A stretch of 63,138 bases of DNA, filler included. It is 14 parts of 14 records of this genome, joined end to end, with 100 filler letters (N's around TTAATTAATTAA, not from the genome) between each part and the next. Parts side by side here need not be neighbours in the genome. Positions count along the whole stretch, not along the records: positions 55,644 to 58,979 come from SRR15195285_10987; positions 59,080 to 63,138 come from SRR15195285_10999; 12 more parts are not named here. One strand, 5' to 3'. Position numbers and translations under genes: made by a program. This document shows, piece after piece, positions 58,789 to 63,138 of this stretch (position 1 is the stretch's first letter; each line of letters opens with the position of its first letter). The notes beneath the pieces are model-generated. The model saw only the letters and a program-made list of their open reading frames with translations, was not told the origin of the DNA and did no database searches.

Positions 58789-59079
58789 CAAGCGGCTTAA
58801 CGATGGCGCAGTGTCTTCGCTACCTGTCCGCTGCTGCTGAGCTAGCTCTCACCACACCACAGACTGCAGACCTTTTCGACGCTCATTGCGCCGTCTGCAT
58901 TGGTGCCGCACACTGTAGTCAAACCGGCGTAGACAAACCGTGGTGAAGCGAAGTACCGTGTACAACTTGATATTATACGNNNNNNNNNNNNNNNNNNNNN
59001 NNNNNNNNNNNNNNNNNNNNNNNTTAATTAATTAANNNNNNNNNNNNNNNNNNNNNNNNNNNNNNNNNNNNNNNNNNNN

Positions 59080-59108
59080 CCGGGCAAAAGGCCTTTTGCC
59101 CGGTGTCA
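59080..59108. mobile_element. Palindromic mini-element truncated by contig start: CCGGGCAAAAGGCCTTTTGCCCGG-TGTCA
   Basis: 24-bp perfect palindrome plus the TGTCA end; matches the family arm except one T-to-A change present in both arms. Confidence 0.7.
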
Positions 59109-59350
59109 CTGCCAGCTCATCTATTTACAGCACACACAGCTATATCTAGCACGTTTTGGCCATTATCTTAGGAAAAATGGGCCCATAGAGTTTTGACCCA
59201 TTCAGCCTGGTTTTGCATGCGAGTGGTTGAATTATCCATAGCCAGTTCAATTATCCATAGCACGGTATTCACGACAGACGACTAGAACACTAGTACCAGA
59301 ACCCACGTAAGTATGCATGCGACCTCTTGTCTAGACCAAAGAGCCTTCTT

Positions 59351-62300
59351 TCATTTTACAAATTTACGCCGAAGTTGTCTGGCGAACGTCTTGTCGCTAG
59401 CGAACGTAGTGGACGCGCCCACCATCCTCAACAACGCTCGAGCCGGCTCAAACGTATTTCCTGTTGCACCGTTTGCCTGCTCGACCGTGATCTTGTGTGG
59501 CAACCACGACTGCCGCAGGTCCGAGAAATCCTGGATGATGTCCTCGACAGCAAACAGCTCCTCATCAGCCAAAAGCCCGGCAGCATGCAGCGACTCGAGA
59601 CGCGACTGGAGTGCAAGCAACTGCTCAGGTGAGACGGCTTCCGTGACCACTGGCGCCATGTACTGCTGCATTTGCTTAAACATCGCTGCCATCTCGACAA
59701 TGCTGCCACCATTTGTGCCGTCTGAAGCAATCGTGGTTGTGGCCGTGGCTGCTCGTGCAGCATCACTCATGGTGGGCCGTGTTGATGGTACCAGAGGACC
59801 CTGTGGTGGTGTCGGCAAGCTAGAAACAGCTGTGGTTGGCATCGTCGTGAGACTCCCAGCAGACATACTCATCATCGCACTCGGGGTATAGCCCTGTGCC
59901 GTCGAAGATGTAGGCGTTGCGAGAGCCCAAGTTGATGTGGGAGCTGGCTCTGGGACCGGCTCTGTGGCTCCTCCAGGAGCTGGGGCAGGGGCTGGGGCAG
60001 GAGCTCGGGCAGGAGTTGATGGCGCTGCAACTGGTGCCCGTGTCGGTGGCACACCTTCTTCTGTAGGTTTGCCTCTTTCACCAATTTCTCGACACACTGC
60101 GTCCACCCGTTTCTCAAATGTGGCCTCGTCGTCATCTTTGGCCTTGGAAAAGGAGTCTAGCACACACACACAGAATTGTGAAGTTCGCTCCGACCGAGTT
60201 TGTGGCTTTTGAGGTGTTTCACTGTCGGTGTGTGATGCTTACAATACATTCTCGTGCCCAGCAAAAGTCCCACTACCAGCAGCATGAACCATGTCAACGG
60301 CATGCCGACGGTGTTGCAAAATCAAACGCAAGGCTTGATACAGGTACTGGAACTTACACCAGCCCTTCGGTCTGTAGCCGTCTTGTAGCATCAATGGTAT
60401 CATGTCAAGTTCCTGCTGATGGGCATACTATTCGAACAGCACGACCATGTGCCGAACATGAGCAGAAAATCAACGACGTATTTAGACACGTGCACAGTCC
60501 ACAGACTCCGTACATGAGGCAGATACTAGCAGCGTCTTCTATAACAACGAAGTAGTTAACAGCAGAGGGGCATCGATTACATTGGCTTCCAATCTACAGT
60601 TGGCGCTCTCCTTATACTCTAGAGAAACAGCGTAGAGGAAGACCACGCAATTGTCGATGGCATCACTCATCGCGTCCACGGTGTTTCCTGTCCATTAGGA
60701 GTTACGGTAGGGCGGAGTTGCTTAGTTTCATCCCTTAGAGAAGAGCATGGCTTGCTAGGCAACGCTTACCTTTCATCGAATCCAGGTCAAACCATACGAG
60801 GTATCCTCGCTTCTGAAGTGATCGTACGATCCGTTCCACCGTTCTCTGGTGTGACCACGAGTACGACATCATCACGTGTTTATCTGCCGGTTGCATGGTT
60901 TGCTCACTGTCCGTCTCAGGCTCTGGTTCACGCATTCTCCCTTCAAGTGCAACAATTGCTCCGTGAGCGGACGCCTTTGCTTGTTTGCTGAAAGCGGTGG
61001 CGGTAGCGTTGTCTAGACTATGCAGCGCGTCCATGGTGGCAGCCTGGCGCTTCAGCATGTCGCGACCTGGGGGAAACAGTGCAATCTGCAGCAGACACTC
61101 CACAGCAGACAGCTGGATTTCGGCCTTCACTAGCTCCTCCTGGGCCTGTCGTTGATGTGCTGGGTCGAGGAAGAGACATTCAGTTAGTACCGCCACTAAA
61201 TCCGGGCAGCGCACCAAAAGCTCTTTATTTTTATCGGAGACACAGAGACGATTCAGACCGGCGAGGAAATGATTCTTCAAGACTGGATTGAACGACGACA
61301 TTATCCCGGAGAAGACACTTAGGTTGTGCCTAACGAACATATCCACCAGACTCTGCGAGAAGGTAAACATGGAGCCTTCCTCTTCTTTGCCGAATGCCAA
61401 CGCACAGACACGTGCAGTAGTCGCTGAGGTGGTGTAACCAAGCTCAGAGAAGTGCACTAGCTCGTGGTCTAAGACAAACTGAAGCGTAGTCGGGATTCCG
61501 GCTAGCTTCTGGACAATGGACTGTGCCTCCGGCGTTGTCAGATCAAGCTGCGCCAGAAGCTCCAAGGCGCACCATATTGTGAGAACATTTGCTTCGTTGA
61601 CTTTGGTTGGGCCATGCAGCTCGTAGGCCTTGAGCGCAGAAATCGACACGTCGATCACACCTTTCTCAATGAACAGCTGTGTTGTGTCGATCGGCAGATC
61701 GACAGTCGATAAAGCCCAGCCAAGATGAAACGCGCCCCCCACCAGCATGCCGTATGGAGTTGTCGTAGTAACCCAGTCTGCCGGAGATCCTTGCTGTAGA
61801 ACAGATAGGAACGCTTCCAGCACGCCTGCTTCGATGAGTACCATCGCTTGTGCTACTCGTCCATAGAGCACAATCGAGAGGGCAAACCATACGCACATCA
61901 ACTCGGCTTCACCAACAGCTGCGTCCGACCCGCACACGAGTTCCAGCATCAGCAGCGCAAGGCGCTCAGAGACAGCAGGCGAGCCACCAGCCTGGAAGTA
62001 CATCTTGGCCTTTGGAGTCAGCTCTTGAATGTATTCGTGGACATTCACATTGGCAGCACGAAGCGTAGGTACCGAGCCATGGCACCAAGTCAGGCAATTT
62101 GGACCGAATGGCACACTGAGTGTCAGCGCGTCCGATCGAGTCAGCTGCGCTGGATCTTTGTCGTAGAGCGTGGCGTGTACACCACCCGCGAACGCGCAGG
62201 CGAGCCGACCCAAGTCTCGAAACACCTCTGCGCCTACGGCGACTTCGTCCAGCTTATACAGTTCGGCCAGAAGCAGCATGGCTCGTCGAAACTCACCAGG

Positions 62301-62798
62301 GTCCGACAACTGTGCACCAACCTCCAACAGTGGCCCGACGCACGCAGTCGCTACTTTGACCCGCACACGGGCCTGGTGACGACAAAGCATATCATGCTCC
62401 ACGCCACCTAACACTTCCGCCGTCTGCAAGCATGCCACGGTGCAGCCGAACGTCGCGGAGGAGCTGGGTGCGCTCTTCGTCGCGGTATCAGTCTCCGCAG
62501 GCTCCGCAAACGTGACGAGCGCCCACGCCTCGCTCCCCCCGCCAAGCTTGTGCACGGTGGCCGCCAGCACCGTGCCGAACTGCGACATCGCGCCCTCCAG
62601 CGCCGCCTCCTCACTCTCGCCCCGCAGATTCTTGAGCTGCAGCGGCGGCGGAAGCAGCAGCTGCCCATCATTTGCTGCCCATCGTTCCGCCGAGGGCACA
62701 TCACTCGACCTGCTCGCGAGGGCTGAGAGCTGAGTGAAGGCCGCAGTGCGAGCCGCTCTCTCACCACTCATAAGCAAAGCAACGATCCCAGACGACAT
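59351..62798 (-). CDS. RRM-like / ARM-like helical / TIR (TIR_2) domain protein, 5 exons
   Basis: Spliced TIR: KHVMMSYSWSHQ..GYLVWFDLDSMKG/NTVDAMSDAIDNC..YKESANCRLEAN/YAHQQELDMIPLMLQDGYRPKGW/LGLLLGTRMY/YSF..; long Leu/Ala helical region upstream; Pro/Ala linker and helical C-terminal domain. Confidence 0.85.
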
Positions 62799-62802
62799 CT
62801 CC

Positions 62803-62831
62803 AGAGAGAGAGAGAGAGAGGAGAGAGAGAG
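62803..62831. repeat. (AG)n microsatellite immediately upstream of the TIR gene start codon
   Basis: agagagagagagagagag-g-agagagagag read directly. Confidence 0.85.
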
Positions 62832-63138
62832 GAAGCCCTGCTACCAGCTGCCGATAGTGGTTCTCAAGTTCTCAACGCCGGCGGCGGCTTGCCGTCTCTG
62901 CTCTCTAGTCGCTAGGGCAGAGAGACAGCTGCTTAAGACCGGGTGGTGACGCAACACTCCGTCTCTCGATACACAAATCGTCACGCTGTCGTAAGCAAGC
63001 GCAATACGAGTGCCGCGCGTGCCCCCACCCTCTGTTGACCTATCCCCCACGCAGCGGCGCCGGGCGCGCGCGTGCGACCGCGGTACGCGCGCGTACCCGT
63101 GGTATTCGAATCCCAGCGCCTCGTCCCATACTGCAGTC

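Overview
This window is not one locus. It is 14 short (about 3-9 kb) eukaryotic contigs joined by 13 artificial 100-nt spacers (N44-TTAATTAATTAA-N44), so gene order across spacers means nothing. The DNA is gene-dense, has short GT-AG introns, uses the standard code and comes from a flagellated protist (CEP290 present). The plant-type ACBP-kelch gene, EPEPEP tracts and repeat motifs suggest Picozoa, but this is an unverified guess. Recognisable genes: proteasome alpha-1 (PSMA6), a LisH-CTLH-WD40 protein, CEP290 (3' part), PP4 catalytic subunit, kinesin-5-like, CUSTOS-like, ACBP-kelch, F-box-like/WD40, ankyrin and EF-hand proteins, two large Cys-rich surface proteins, an ARM-like/TIR protein, and five carbohydrate-active enzymes (His-brace LPMO, chitin synthase, alginate-lyase-family, GH125, DUF4091/GH123-like). 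The most unusual non-coding signal is a family of 26-42 bp elements bounded by TGA(C)...(G)TCA and built from interchangeable half-sites (20263, 37489, 39607, 42604, 55833, 59080). One copy has a 5-bp target-site duplication, one palindromic copy has a compensatory base change, four lie at or next to contig breaks, and one abuts an orphan Kelch fragment.
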